Shown: positions 1 through 13,314, counted from the first letter of the stretch. The stretch is 64,000 nucleotides of DNA from Felis catus (GCF_018350175.1 NC_058368.1:66714001-66778000); one strand, 5' to 3'. Numbers and translations: made by a program. The notes: generated by a model from the letters alone, not told the origin.

Positions 1-64
1 TCACGAAACATGAGATCATGACCTGAGCCGAAGTTGGATGTGTAACAGACAGCCACGCAGGCAC
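1..64 (-). mobile_element. CanSINE 5' part (cut by window edge)
   Basis: gagatcatgacctgagccgaagttggatg...gccacgcaggcac is the reverse complement of the SINEC tRNA-derived head. Confidence 0.85.
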
Positions 65-99
65 ACGCGCTGAGAAGCGCTTTTTAAAAGTTGATTCTG

Positions 100-289
100 G
101 GGGCGCCTGGGTGGCGCAGTCGGTTAAGCGTCCAACTTCAGCCAGGTCACGATCTCACGGTCCGTGAGTTCGAGCCCCGCGTCGGGCTCTGGGCTGATGG
201 CCTGGAGCCTGTTTCCGATTCTGTGTCTCCCTCTCTCTCTGTCCCTCCCCCATTCATGCTCTGTCTCTCTCTGTCCCCAAAAAAAAAAA
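100..289 (+). mobile_element. Young feline CanSINE (SINEC_Fc-type)
   Basis: ggggcgcctgggtggcgcagtcggttaagcg head, (CT)n region, polyA tail; 14-bp TSD aaaagttgattctg at 86-99 and 290-303. Confidence 0.97.
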
Positions 290-916
290 AAAAGTTGATT
301 CTGTTACACTCATGTGGCTCATAGGAAAACATCGTGTCACGTGCAACGGTATTCCCCGGTGATTTGGTACAGGGAAGGGTATCTGATGCAAAGTACGTTC
401 ACACTGTTCGCCACACGGAAAGAGCTTAGTTTTGTGTTTGATTGCAGAATGTGACAGCACAGCGCTGTTGAGGGAGAATGGCTTGAAAGCTTTGGCTTCT
501 CTGAAAATTATTATGAAAATATCCTGTGGCCATATGTAATAAGTTTTGTTATGATAATTGTGACATCCAAACCAATGATCTTTCTTATATTTTCTAGATG
601 GGTAAGTTTTCTGCTTCTTAGAATGTTAAACACCTATACGTTTGGGCAGAAAACCCCAGATGTCTTGCTATTCAAAAAATCTAATAGCCTTAAGGGCCCA
701 TTTGGCTTATGGTCCTTAGAATCCCTTTAACTTGAAGCTTAGACCACTTATCCCCCTACACTAGGTTCAGCTCAGCTCGAGTCTAGAATGAATTCTGCTT
801 GTAGGCAAATATTAAAAGCTCTTCCGGGTTTTGTTTTGTTTTGTTTTGTTTTTTGCTTTTGGCTCTTCTCAGACTTTTGATTCTCAGCAACACTTACAAC
901 AATAATGACAGCTACC

Positions 917-1273
917 TGTTGTGGGCTGAGTATTTGTGTCCCTCCCCCAGATTCATATGTTGAGGTCCCAAGCTGCAATGTGATGACATTTGGAGATGGG
1001 GCCTTTGGTAGGTGATTAGGTTTAGATGACGTCATGAGGGTCGAGCCAGCTTAATGGGGTTCGTGCCCTTAAAAGAGGAGCACACAGGAGCTGCCTCTCT
1101 CTGCCTTGTGTGAACACAGCAAGAAGGTGGCCAACCGACAAACCAGACCCAGGACCTGCTGGCACTTCGATCTTCGATTTCTCAGCCTCTGGAACTGTGA
1201 GAAGTAAACGTCTGTCAGGCCGCCCAGTTTATGGTATTCTTTTTTTTAATAGCAGCCCCAAGCAGACTAATAC
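917..1273 (+). mobile_element. MaLR solo LTR (MLT1A-like)
   Basis: TG start, ttcatatgttga...tttggagatggggcctttgg, ggaactgtgagaagtaaa, ends agactaataca. Confidence 0.85.
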
Positions 1274-2014
1274 ACTGTAATACCGTACACTGATCAATAA
1301 GGGGAATTCGTTATAGATTCCACTAAAGTCATGCACACAAAAGGCTGGGCAATTCAAGGGGGAGGGAAGAGAATTTTTGAAAACGCTCAGGTAGGCTTCC
1401 TAAGTTCCCCTCCAAAAACTTCTTACGATTGTCTCACCAGCAGATGTTTAGCCATGGCTATCTACAGATTTTTGTGATTCTCCATAACTTTTCTCATGGA
1501 TCAAAACTCAACATTTCCCCCAGTGCTGCTATTTGGACTCAGATAAGGATTACTTTTTGTAATAAGGGGGTAATTCACTTATTAATGATCAACCAGACAT
1601 TGTAATGTACTTCTATTTATTTTAGAATATGTACATTCTCCTCTTCGTCCCCCTCCTTCCTCCTCTTCCTCTTCTTCTCCTTGAGCTGTGTGTTGAGACC
1701 TGTGCTGAAAATTGTACTTGAATGAGCACATTTAATGCTCATACCTACTCTAGGAAATATGTACTGTTCCTTTTCATTTTACAGAGGCCCAGACTCTGAG
1801 GGTTTAGTAAAAATTCTAAAAGCTGGGAAGAAAAACCTGGTTCATACTGTTTACGTCTCACAGCTCTGTGTTTGCCCATCTATCAAGCCCTCGACAGTTA
1901 GATAGTCATGTACAGCCTTTGTTCTTTTTTTGACTCCTTTGGTGGCACTGCTGACCAGGGGGTGGCCAGACAGGCAAACAAAGCAGTCATGAAACAAACT
2001 AAACAGTCACTGGG

Positions 2015-2130
2015 GATATTGTCCTTCCTATAAAAAATAAAAACAAAAAACCATAAGCTGGGTGGCTTAAACAACAGATGTTCATTGCTCACAGTTCCAG
2101 AGGCTGGGAAATTGAAGATCAGCGTGCCGT
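2015..2130 (-). mobile_element. MaLR LTR fragment (MLT1-like)
   Basis: ctgggtggcttaaacaacaga...ctcacagttccagaggctgggaa is the reverse of an MLT1 3' end. Confidence 0.7.
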
Positions 2131-2889
2131 GGACGTCTCAGAGAAGGTGGGACCAGGTGTTAGGAAACCCTGTGATGCTTTCTTCAGAGCAAGGGCACAC
2201 AGGATCTCAGAGGGACAAGGTACTGTTGTCCGCATGCAGCATGGTGTGGCGAACATCACAGCTGTCTTCAGTACAGCCCACGACTTACACCCTTGAGAGA
2301 CTGGCAGCCAGACCTTCCATCTTCAAAGAGACAGTGATCACACCAAATGCTGCCGTGCCCATAAAGGGAGAAATGTTTAAAGACAGATAAACATACCCAT
2401 GGGCTCAGAGGTTACACTGCTATAAGGAGGGGTAAGGAAACCCTGGAGTGAGAATTACAGGCATCGGACAGAGTGATCTCGCATTCTGTTCACAAGGATT
2501 CAGGATGGTTCACCGGAGTCCCACGATGTAGCATGCGTGCAAGAGACAGCAGCAGGTGCGAACACTTACTGCAGGTGTTAACCTCCAACCTCACGGCCAG
2601 TGCGTGTTCTCCTTCTTCAACAAATTGTTGACTCCATTATCAACAGCTTATCTGGGGAGAGTTTTGTTGGTTTGCAAGCTAAGTGGCACGGTCTTGAAGC
2701 TAGAGGACCTCTAGAGATGTCTCCCACGATGATGCCAAGTAGAGGAAGAAGCGGAACACCGGCGTAAGGAACGGCAGCCACTCAGCCTTTGTGTTCCTGT
2801 CCCTTAACAGCTGACCTCGAAATGATCCCCACCCTCCCTTCCCTGACGGCACCACTGGATTCTCTTTCTGGCCTGGGTGTGTTTATCTT

Positions 2890-3340
2890 TCACTTTTGTA
2901 TTATGAATATCTTCCAACATAAACAAAAGCAGAGAAAATAGCACGATGAGCCCATCACCCCCTTTCGGGAGTTACCAACGAACACTCGACTCGCTTTTTC
3001 ATCTTTGTTATTTCACGTCTCTTTTCTTCTCTAATATTTTAAAGCAAAGCCAAGAGATCGCGTAATTTCACTAGCTGTCCTTGAGGACACACTCCCAAAA
3101 GATATGGGCTTTTCTTTTTCTCCTAGCAGAATTACAACATCTTAGCACGTTCGACAAAATTAGCAATTACTATTCACGATAATCTAATACCCAGTCTATC
3201 CTCATTTTTTTTTTCTCAGTTTGTTTTTTGAACAGTTGATTTGCTCACATCAGGTGCCAAACAAGACCCACATGCTGCCTGTGATTGCTAAGCCTCTTTC
3301 GTGTCTTTTTCTCCTTAAACAGTGTCCCTCCTTGTTGTTT
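2890..3340 (-). mobile_element. Old L1 3' UTR fragment (L1MC/ME-like)
   Basis: ttttgtattatgaa...aaacaaaagcagagaaaatag...caggtgccaaacaagacccaca resembles a reversed old L1 3' end. Confidence 0.6.
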
Positions 3341-3776
3341 GCATGCTGCTTATTTCTGGGGTGGTTTGTTTGGAGAGAAGGTGGCCTGAGAGATGAGAAT
3401 GAAGCAATCTGCTGAAATAACTGAGTTCTCTTCCCATTTTTAATTTTATATATTTAAATATCTAGCAAATAAGATTACTTTGCCATGAGGTAGCCACTTT
3501 GACTAGGCTTCCAGTTGTATTGCTGCATTATTTTTGAGACCCAGAAACAGCTACTTGAAAGGTATTTTTTAACATCGTACAATTAAGTGTTAGTAAGGTG
3601 ATTTTGGTACACTACCACGTCTTAGTTTACAATTTTTTTTTCAATCTTCACACAGATATTCAGATACTTTTTAAAAACATAAATTATAGGGTTTAATCAC
3701 GTTATTCTTTACAGATCCAAATTCCACCAAATCATTTTGGTATGTGATTGTCACTTTTATATTTTTCTTTTCGTGT

Positions 3777-3868
3777 TCTTTTTCTTCTTTCTTTCTTTCT
3801 TTCTTTCTTTCTCTTTCTTTCTTTCTTTCCTTCTTTCCTTTCTTTCTTTCTTTCCTTCTTTCTTTCTT
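3777..3868. repeat. (TTTC)n microsatellite grown from a SINE tail
   Basis: Direct reading; abuts the poly-T tail of the SINE at 3869. Confidence 0.95.
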
Positions 3869-4087
3869 TTATTAAATTTTTTAAATGTTTTATTTATTTT
3901 TGAGACAGAGGGAGACAGAGCATGAGCAGGGGAGGGGCAGAGAGAGAGGGAGACACAGAATCTGAAGCAGGTTCCAGGCCCTGAGCTGTCAGCACAGCAC
4001 CTGACACGGGGCTTGAACTCACAAACCGCGTGATCATGACCTGAGCCGAAGTTGGATGCTTAACCGACTGAGCCACCCTGGCACCCC
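3869..4087 (-). mobile_element. CanSINE
   Basis: Full-length reverse copy ending gagccaccctggcacccc. Confidence 0.95.
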
Positions 4088-4277
4088 TCTTTATTTTTTG
4101 AGAGAGATAGAGCACGTGAGCGAGGCAGAGGGACAGAGGGAGAGAGAGAGAGGATCTTAAGCAGGCTCCACGCTCAGCACAGAACCCATCAAGGGGCTCG
4201 ATCCCACGACCCTGAGATCATGACCTGAGCTAAAATCAAGAGTTGATCGTTCAACAGACTGAGCTGCCCAGGCACCA
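4088..4277 (-). mobile_element. Older CanSINE variant, adjacent in tandem
   Basis: atcttaagcaggctccacgctcagc...aaaatcaagagt...ccaggcacc. Confidence 0.9.
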
Positions 4278-4281
4278 CTTT

Positions 4282-4311
4282 TATATACATATATATATAT
4301 ATGTATATATG

Positions 4312-4343
<32 letters not shown>
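4282..4343. repeat. (TA)n microsatellite, imperfect
   Basis: Direct reading. Confidence 0.95.
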
Positions 4344-4344
<1 letters not shown>

Positions 4345-6869
4345 TTTAATTTGATGTCATTGAATTTTCTCTTTAGATTGCTCAAATATTATGAGTGACT
4401 AAGGATTCAAGGCAGACGGTTTCAGAAATACATACACATATAAAGACATCAAACAGAACTTCTGCTAAACTGATGGTATGTTTAGTATAAAGAGATTTAA
4501 AAATTGTCAGGAGTCACTTGTGTCCCCAACATAGAACATGACCATATCCTGCAGAGACTCAAATCCTTATCCATTGCTCCCAACACACGACTTCTTCATT
4601 CCAAAGTGTACTGCATGTGTCTACTTACATTTTTAAAGCCAGGGTCTATTTCGGATACAGTTGGCATGCATGGTTTTATTTTATGTGAGAAACTTTCAGA
4701 CCATGATCTTTTCCTTCCGTGATAGGCGGTAACATTATCCAGCCAAGAAATGAAAGCAACGTGGCAATTGGGATGTTTGATTTTCACACAATTGGCTTCC
4801 ATTAGGTACAACATTATGGATCACATAACTACAACGTTTATACTATGTATATACGTTGCCACGCATAAAGAGACACAGAGACACACATAGAGAACATACC
4901 AGAACTTCCTCATTTACAAGGAGGTGAGAAAAGCAAGGAAATGTCTTCTGAAGCATATTTAGTTCTCTCCGGGGCTCACCTCTATCCACTCTCTGCATGT
5001 TTGGAGACTGAAGTTTAGCCTGTAGCTGAGAGAACTGCATTTAGTTATTGGGTAGGAGGAGGGTTCAAGGAAGAAAGAGAAAATTGAAGTTTATAAAGAA
5101 AAGAAGAAGAGGGTCAAGAGAGACTGTGGGTAATGAGAGAACCAGTGCGGACAAAGAACATGAGGTGAATCAAGTCCTGTTAGCCTGGAACTGAATTTCA
5201 AGAAGAGTAACTCAAAAGCTTACTAACAAAAGTTTGCAAGTTGCAAATGTTGGGTTCAGTTAAGAGATAATTCTTGCTAAAGTCATAACAGACTTTTCTC
5301 TTTATCTTCTCCTATTTTAAAGTCCCATTGTATTCATTAGCTCAGCTTTTTTTTATTCTTAAAAAGAAAAAAGTCAAATAGTATTTTCGTTGGTTACAAG
5401 GTTATTTTGTTTTGTAGATATTATTTTATAAATGTAACCTTGGCTATCTTTTATTATTATTACCCATATCAAATAATGAAAAATTAAATGATGACTTTTT
5501 TCTCTTTCACATTATATTCATTCATTTTTACCCTTTGTTAGACAAACAAACAAATGCATACAGACCCTAAAGCATGTGCAAATTATTTTCACCCTCACCG
5601 ACATTAAGAACTTGGTCCTGCACTATTTTTAAATACTTAGCTTATCATTTATACACAATCTCTTCTTGAGGTATAATCCATGGTTTCTTCTTTATGTAAA
5701 AATTAAATAATAATTTATATAAACTATAAGTTAGAATTAAACATTTTTAACTGAACTGAGGCTGTGAAGTTCAGTTTATGCATTCTTGAGCTATTCGTAA
5801 GCCAGTTTTCAATACCCTTGTGTTATAAAGGATTAAATTATAGCTTTGCAGTAGATTAGGTTTCTTTGTATTATTGTATTTATACATCTGGTTGGTCTAT
5901 TATGCATTTTCTCCATACTATCTTATAAACTGATTAGGACATAACTCCTTTTCTATTGTATTCATAAGAGCCCACCATAGCATGGATTTAAAAAGCAAAA
6001 TTAAATACCCAATATCTCTGGCGGAGAAAATCATTGGTTCTCAATTGCTGCATTGTAATTCTGTCTATAGATCTACCTACCTACATTGAGCTTTAAAAAG
6101 AAAATGCAATTAAAGACACAGATTGCTGTGAACGAGGAATTATATTCTACCAGGAGTAATGAGTAAACTTTGCCCATTTCTGACCCTGGCTAGCACATCT
6201 GTGAGCTTTACTATAGAAAGACTGGGATGATACTCTTATGTCTTAATACAATACGTAATATATAAGAATGTTCACAGATCAGTTGGCATTTCTTTTGGCT
6301 TTAAGAAGCTGAGCCCTTTGTGTCCTAAAATTATAGGCACATAATCCTTGAATCTGCTGTGTGGCCAGAAAAAAAAACAGTGGAGCATGCTCGTTTTGTT
6401 CGCTGAACACTCAATATGCAATATGAAAGCAAGATGTTTAGTATTGCACTAAGCAATAAAATGTCACTCAAGTGATAATAGCATGCACAACTTAGCACTT
6501 TCTGGCTTTCATGTTTAAGAAAAACAGACTGGATGGACTGGTTAAATCCAGCCAAAGGTAAGGGCTTTGAAAGTTCTTCCTTAAGATATTCCTTAAGATC
6601 TGGCTGTCGTCTGCTGGAAGTGGTATGCCAATTTCGGACTGCAGGTCGGGCAGAGATGGGCACTGGTGATGTTTTGGGTATGTAGGAATCTATGTAGGAA
6701 CCTATGCCTGGAAGTTGGCCTGATTTGTAAAATCTGGTGGCAGTTTCATTTGAAAACAAGGAGAGGCATGAGTTAAAGATGTTTCTGGTGTCTCTCCCTG
6801 GGGCTTCCCAGAGTGGCCAGGGCTTCTGATTCTTCTGTCATTGTTTCCTTACTTACCTCTCTGCCCTGT

Positions 6870-7100
6870 TACTCTGTGAACTCTTTTGAGGCAAGGACGT
6901 AGTTTATACAGCCCAGCCCCAGTGGCTGGCCTGGTACCAGGCTCTTAGTAGGTGCTCATGAAATGTTTGCTGAAGTGAATGAATGAATACAACAAGCTTC
7001 TTTTGAAACATTCTTCCACTCCTGTCTGAGAGCTCCATGGACCAAGGGGTTCACTATGCCTAGCACATCCTAAATACTCATAAGTTCGTTGCCTGATTGA
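6870..7100 (+). mobile_element. L2 3'-end fragments
   Basis: gaggcaaggac...tagtaggtgctcatgaaatgtttgctgaagtgaatgaatgaat, a typical L2 tail. Confidence 0.65.
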
Positions 7101-9726
7101 CTGAGACGAGCATTTATAGACCGGAAACTAAAAGTGACTGATAGCTCACATTTAACACGCTTTTGCTTTCTATGACTTCAGCTGTTTAAATAATAATTGT
7201 CCCAACGACCTTTTAGAGCATACCTCACGTACACTTACTTTCTTAGAAAGGAAGTGTAGGGAGCAAAATACGGCCTGTATCAGCTTCTGCTGTTTCGTTA
7301 GCTGCAGAGAAAGTCTGGAAAATTATAATTAGCGTTGAGAGGTCTAAAAGGAGGGTTGCAGATTTAGTAATAAATCACCCATATTATATTTCATTTCTTC
7401 TCATCTTCCTCCTTTCTTCTTTGTCCCTCATTTCCTTCTCCGTACCCTATCTCCTGTCTGTCTTTGACTGAAGGAGCCTATCTACGTATGGAAATGTGCA
7501 TTGGACCGTGACCTGTACAGTCCCTGGAATTGTTCTCAGGGTGAAAAACCTTCGTGAGTATTAGAAACAATTACCATTTCCATTTACAACTAGACCCAAA
7601 GCTTTATGAGTGGCAGAGATGTAAATTTATTTTAACCTTAAATCTACAGTATAATTTTTGTGTATGGAAAACCAGTACTAGGAGGCCAGTGTGATTGGGA
7701 GATACATTTCAATTAATTCTTCCACCGATGCCTTATCTCTTCTGCATCAGAACCTTTTATAGTGTTAAAATTAACAATTATGCAGCTGATGGTTGGCTAA
7801 ACCCACCAGGGGACCTGGAGAGAGCCTCAGATAACACGACACATATAAATCATTCAGGAGAACAATTCATGAAAGAAAAGTTATCTGTGTTTGGGATGAC
7901 ATTGGAAGAACTAAATAGGAGTCAATTGGAAGAAGGGACATTTAGTCCCATTGTCCAGCTTGCCTTTCTCTCTCTCTTTTTTTTCTAATTGTGTCATAAT
8001 ATACATTTTTAAAATTAATTATCCACTTGGTGGCAAGATAAATGTCTCTTCTTGTGCTAAGGAAATAGTGGCCTCAGTGGCGAAAGATTATTTCACATGA
8101 GCGGCACTCGTAAAGAAAGCTGTTACCAGACAAGGTGGCAACTGTTCTTTGAAGGAACACGGTGAAGGGTGACAGGCAAGCCCATGTTTACCAAACTGAA
8201 CGAAGTCTGGACTGGCAGATTTCAGCCCACTGGTTGGTTACAGAAGCAGAGAGAACCGGGTCTGGAATGAGGTCACACCAAACCACGTAGATCACCAAGT
8301 AGTCAGCACCCGTGAAGCGGGGTCCTAGCGAGTACCAAGCACTACTTTCCCGATTTCCTCTGCAAATATGTGGCAAGTACCTGTAGAATTAGGTTCATGC
8401 TTAAGCCTTCGGCACCGTAAAAAGGTCTATTCCAGGGCATTTTACAACGTGTTGTCCTCGATGCAGGGCAAACACATATGCACACGTACGTTCGGGAATA
8501 ACCTGGGATTTAATAGGACCAATGGCCAGATGCTACGATCTTGTGAGTGATCTGTTTTACCTACTTATATTTTTATTTAAATTGCTTCTTTCTATATAAC
8601 TTCTTCCGTGGATACTTAAAAAAATCGTATGTGTGCTGTCTTGATTCTTCTTTCTTGGCTACTGGTTTGGATTTTACACTCCACTCAGAGTCAACAGAAG
8701 TACTGAACCTGCAGTTCTCACATACGGAATAGTAACAAGGCTTAAAGCTTTAATAAGCACAAGAGTGACAAAATTGTCCTATAATTTTCATTTCCTTAAG
8801 GTAATTTATTCTTTTCCCCTAACGCCCACCCCTTGCTACAAACATGCAGAAGAAATAAAAGTCATGAGAGGAGAAAAAAAGATATGGGTTTTTGACAAGG
8901 TTCAATAACTATGTCACAGTTTGGTGAACATTTTACTATTCATTATTCTTCAGTGAAGTATGAATTACAGTTGCCTTAATATTTATTTGCATCCAAAATA
9001 CCTGGATAAAATTTATTGTTTTGTTTTTGTAGTCCATTAAATTGTGCCGAAAACTATTTATGATGACACACAAGGTTTTTAATTATTTGCTCTGATGAGC
9101 ATATCAATTATAATTTCATTCTGGTATTTAGTTCTTTGGGAAGACATAAATGTTTGTGATCAAATGTTAACAATCAATAATGGTGCAAAGATGTCATCGA
9201 TTTGTTTAACACCCTCATTAAAGTGTAGAAAATAATGGTTAGGATATAGACATAACGATCCCACAGCAGATGTCATGGAGACACTAATGGTGTCACATAG
9301 GAGAAGATTGGCAGGAGCAGAGAGAAGACAAATCCAGAGTGTTCTATAACAGAAACTGTTCCCTAATCATCACCCCCCTCGGCCTTGTAGTAACGAGATA
9401 GCAGAGGTGAACGTTAGAATCCCCACTATGATTTTTCGATACTACAATATGTTTTTCGGTACTAAGTATCAATGCAGATATGACAATATTCCGTAGCCAA
9501 CAAAACATACTTGGCCTCATGACCTACATTGTGTGGATGAATCCTTTTGTCATTTCTATCATTTCAAGGCTAAAAAAGTCTTCTGGGTTTTTTCACCGAA
9601 GACCGGTTAGACGGGGTAGATCCTGCGAGAGCCCTTCTCCCCTTGGTCCCTCGAGGCCCCTTCCACACAGGTCTTTCTTGTCTGTGCTCTATACTGAGAT
9701 GACACTTAAAAACAACAACAACAACT

Positions 9727-10005
9727 AGATACAATTCACATATCATAAAACTGACCAGTGTAAAGTGGGCCATTCAGTGGCGTTTGCACATTCACGGAGC
9801 TGTGCAGCCATGCCCACCATCTCATTCCAGAACACGCTCTTAATCCCCAAAAGAAGCCCTCAGCTGTTAGCAGTCGCTCCCCATGTCCCCCACCTCCCAG
9901 CCCTGGAGGCCACTCATCTTTGTCCCGTCTCTAGGATCTGCCGATTCGGGACATCTCACATACACAGAGTTACACCGTATGTGGCTTCTTGCATCTGGCT
10001 TCTAC
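9727..10005 (-). mobile_element. L1MB-type 3' end
   Basis: agatacaattcacatatcataaaa...ttcagtgg...ccaccatc...ttccagaac...ccccaaaagaagccc. Confidence 0.8.
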
Positions 10006-10639
10006 GCTGCGTCATATTCCCTGTGCTAAAGTTGATTTTTCTGCCCTCGTGGAGGTCATAGTCTTGTAGGACAATCAGGCTAGATAAATACATACTATAC
10101 ACAGAGCGGGCAATGACTCTTCCTCTTGATGGTGTTCCAATTTCCTGGGCGTGCTATGTATAAATACAAAATAATGACCCTTATTATGTTATTGCCAGGG
10201 TGACAATGCCTGCAGAACTGGGATCAACATCATCTTCAACTCTACCTTCAACTTTATGCTCAGTGCTCACACTCATCTTCTCTTTATTTCTTAATCAAGG
10301 GTCAAGACAACATAAAGACTCAGGGTGGATTTGTGGATCACTTTCAAGTTGCCTCTAATACAATGGGCCGACTTGCCTTGCTTTGGCTTCCGTGTTCACA
10401 GTTCAGTCCCCCCTTCGTTAAGCTTAAAGATGCTGCCTCATTAGGTGCCACACATAATACTACCTCTCCCCAGAGTGCCGGCCTCTTGCAGGATCTGAAA
10501 GACGATACTCGGATTTGTCTAACCCAAAGCTGTCTCTTAAAAATCCAAGCCACCACCAAAAATCCTCTTACTTCCTTTAAAATGTTCTGTGGACATCTTA
10601 ACTCAAGTAAATACAATTACTTTCTTTACTCATATGAGT

Positions 10640-12000
10640 TCTAGAAAATCTCTATAGAAAACTTGAAAGACAAATTATACAGAAGAAAATAAGACTCGCC
10701 TATAACCCTGGCAGGTGGAATAAGCTAATGTTGATATCTTACATTTGCTTCTACTCTGTTTTGTGCACGTATATTCTTTCACACTCAATAAAAATTACTG
10801 AATGCCTTTTATGTATAAGGGGGAAATTGGTGGAAGAAAGAGCAAATCTCTAGGAGATCTGTATAAAAATTAGGATCACCCTTCCTTCTGCCCAATGATA
10901 AATATTAGGGCAAGTCTATTTCCCCATATCTTGAAATATTCTTCAAAAACACGACTTTTCAGACCTGTATGTGAATGGGCCAAAAGTTCCAGATGGAAAC
11001 TCATTTCTGTTGTTTTCTATTTTTTTTTTTTTACCATTAAAAATAATGCTATGTTAAAATTAAGTCAGATAATACCTTACATAAAATTTTGGGAGCATTC
11101 GTAATTAAATTCTTAGACCAGATTGTTGACAGGATTGCCAAGTCCGAGGATATTTTGATCTTTCAGCATATTATACAGTATTGCTAAATTACCTCTCACC
11201 TGTGATGCCGATTTGCACTCATACTGGCTTTGCCTAAGAGTGCTCCTTTTCCAATTTCCCGAACAAAACTGACATTCTAATTGCAAACATCCTTAGCTAA
11301 TTTCTTGGACAAAATGTTATCTTTAATTATTGGTCAAGTTGAGTGACTTTATATACTTATTAGCTATTTTTGTGTGTGTATTATGTATGATTTGACTATT
11401 CTTATCTTTGCTGTTTTTTTGTGTGTTGAAGTATCTGTTCTTACTGGTTCATAAGTGTTTTTTATATAGCAAATAATCTGTCAGATATTCTGTAATTTAT
11501 ATTTTGCTTTTTGCTTTTAAGTGAATTACGGCTCTTCAAGAAAATATATACAGGAGCCCCTGGCTGGCTCAGTCAGTAGAGTGTGTGACTCTTGATCTGA
11601 GGGTCATGAATTGGGTGTAGAGCCCCATGTTGGGTGTAGAGCATACTAAAAACAAAATTTTGAATAAAAAAAATATATATGGAAGTTTTAAATGTTTTCA
11701 TAACTGACATTTATTAATATTTTCCTTTATCGTTTTCTGCCTTTGATTTCATACCTGAATGTCCTTTTCCAATGGAAAGTTAAAAAAATCCTTATTTTTT
11801 CTTCTAGTTGCTATGTTTATTTTTTATATTGAAAACTTCAATCTATCTGAAATTTATTTTGTCATATGGAAATGTAGGCATTCAACTTTACTTTTTCTCC
11901 AGTAGCTCTCCAACAGCAGCACATTTATTGAATAAATCTTTTTGTAAGTGATTTAGAACATTAAAAAAAAAACCGCTAAGTTCCTACATGAACTAGAACA
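10640..12000 (-). mobile_element. Decayed L1M (ORF2 end/3' UTR), interrupted by a SINE
   Basis: T-rich stretch with aaataatgctatg, attgctaaatt, cttattagctatt, atctgaaatttattttgt motifs of reversed L1. Confidence 0.55.
11553..11672 (+). mobile_element. Short old CanSINE (tRNA head plus A tail)
   Basis: ggagcccctggctggctcagtcagtagagtgtgtgactcttgatct...ttgggtgtagag...aaaa; flanked by aaaatatata. Confidence 0.85.
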
Positions 12001-12927
12001 CATTAGTTACTTTCTTTCCTGGGTACACTGAAATCGCTTGCATTTTGCTATTCTCGCCAATTCTTCCAGGAAGAGCCCCGCACAAATCTTACTATGAAAA
12101 ATATAGTAAAATCCGTATCTCCAAATTCTAATGTTCTCCGTTCCTATACTTAAAAAAAAAATGTGAAGACTTTTTTTAGCTTTTTTTGTGTAGTGTCTGA
12201 TACAGAGCAATGCTTAATCTGTGTCTGTTGAATACTTGAACGAACGGGCTCCATGAAACGCCTCTACATGTAACGTTAAAATAGTCAGGGGTGTGCACTG
12301 GGCAGTCTTTGGACATCGCAGAGCCCAGCAGTGAGGTCGTCAGACCTGAGAACACACTCTGTTTTCTACCGATCATTTAGCTCAGTCTTAAGTCATGTCG
12401 TCTTCAGTTAAACAATTTCCTTCATTCTGATTCCCACCTTCACAAAATTCCACAACTTTGACTTCTGAAAAAATTTCTAGCAAGAATGCCTCCACTGCGT
12501 GGCTTCACTCCAGACATCATCTTATGCGACTCATTTTTCTCTCTCAAGTCCACTCCACCCTCTTCCCTCCCTGCTGTTCTTTTTCTTCTATATGCCAGGA
12601 GACCAGATCCCTTGGAAACATTCTTTGTCATTAAAAATTAAGTCCTTTGACGCATTTTTAATATGCTAAGTTTTAAACTTTTGTCTTGTTATTATATTGG
12701 AAATGAGTAATTTTCTGGGCCCCAGACAGATTTTTCAACTTTTGAGAAATTGGCTTCAGCTGCTGCCGTGTGTGAAATAATTAATATATGTAGTACTTAG
12801 TACGCTGCATGGCCCTTGTCAGAAAGGTACCCAGAAAACAACTTTCCTTCCAACCTTTCCTATACTAAAGTGTATCTGTTTCTCCCATGAGACCACTTTC
12901 TCATCGGCAAAGGCTATTACCGGACTC

Positions 12928-13161
12928 TTATTTTTATTTATGTATTTTTTATTTTTTCAATGTTTATTTAGTTTTGAGAGAGACAGAGACAGAGCATGAG
13001 TGGGGGAGGGGTGGAGAGAGCGGAAGACCCAGAATCCGAAGCAGGTTCCAGGGTCCAGACTGTCGGCACAGAGCCTGATGTGGGGCTTGAACCCACAAAC
13101 CGTGAGATCATGACCTGAGTCGAAGTCAGACACTTAACTGACTGAGCCACCCAGGCACCCC
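12928..13161 (-). mobile_element. CanSINE
   Basis: Full-length reverse copy. Confidence 0.95.
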
Positions 13162-13314
13162 TATTTATTACCTGACTTTTAAACTCCAGTATCTAGCCCA
13201 GGGCTTGGTAACAGACTCAAACTTAAATAAGTATTTGATGATTGAGTAACTGTAAGCACGGAGAAATAACACGAACAATATAATTAGAAAAGGTAGTATG
13301 AGTCCCATTTTTTC

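Noticed and set aside
2570..2652. Minus-strand exon candidate (ctctccccAG ... GCA|gtaagt)
   Set aside because: Stop codons in all three frames and no other support; at most a non-coding exon
6331..6759. 142-aa minus-strand ORF with a hydrophobic stretch
   Set aside because: Non-ATG start, no recognisable domain, no supporting splice or promoter signals
11553..11650. tRNA-like sequence
   Set aside because: It is the tRNA-derived head of a short CanSINE with an A tail; no intact cloverleaf
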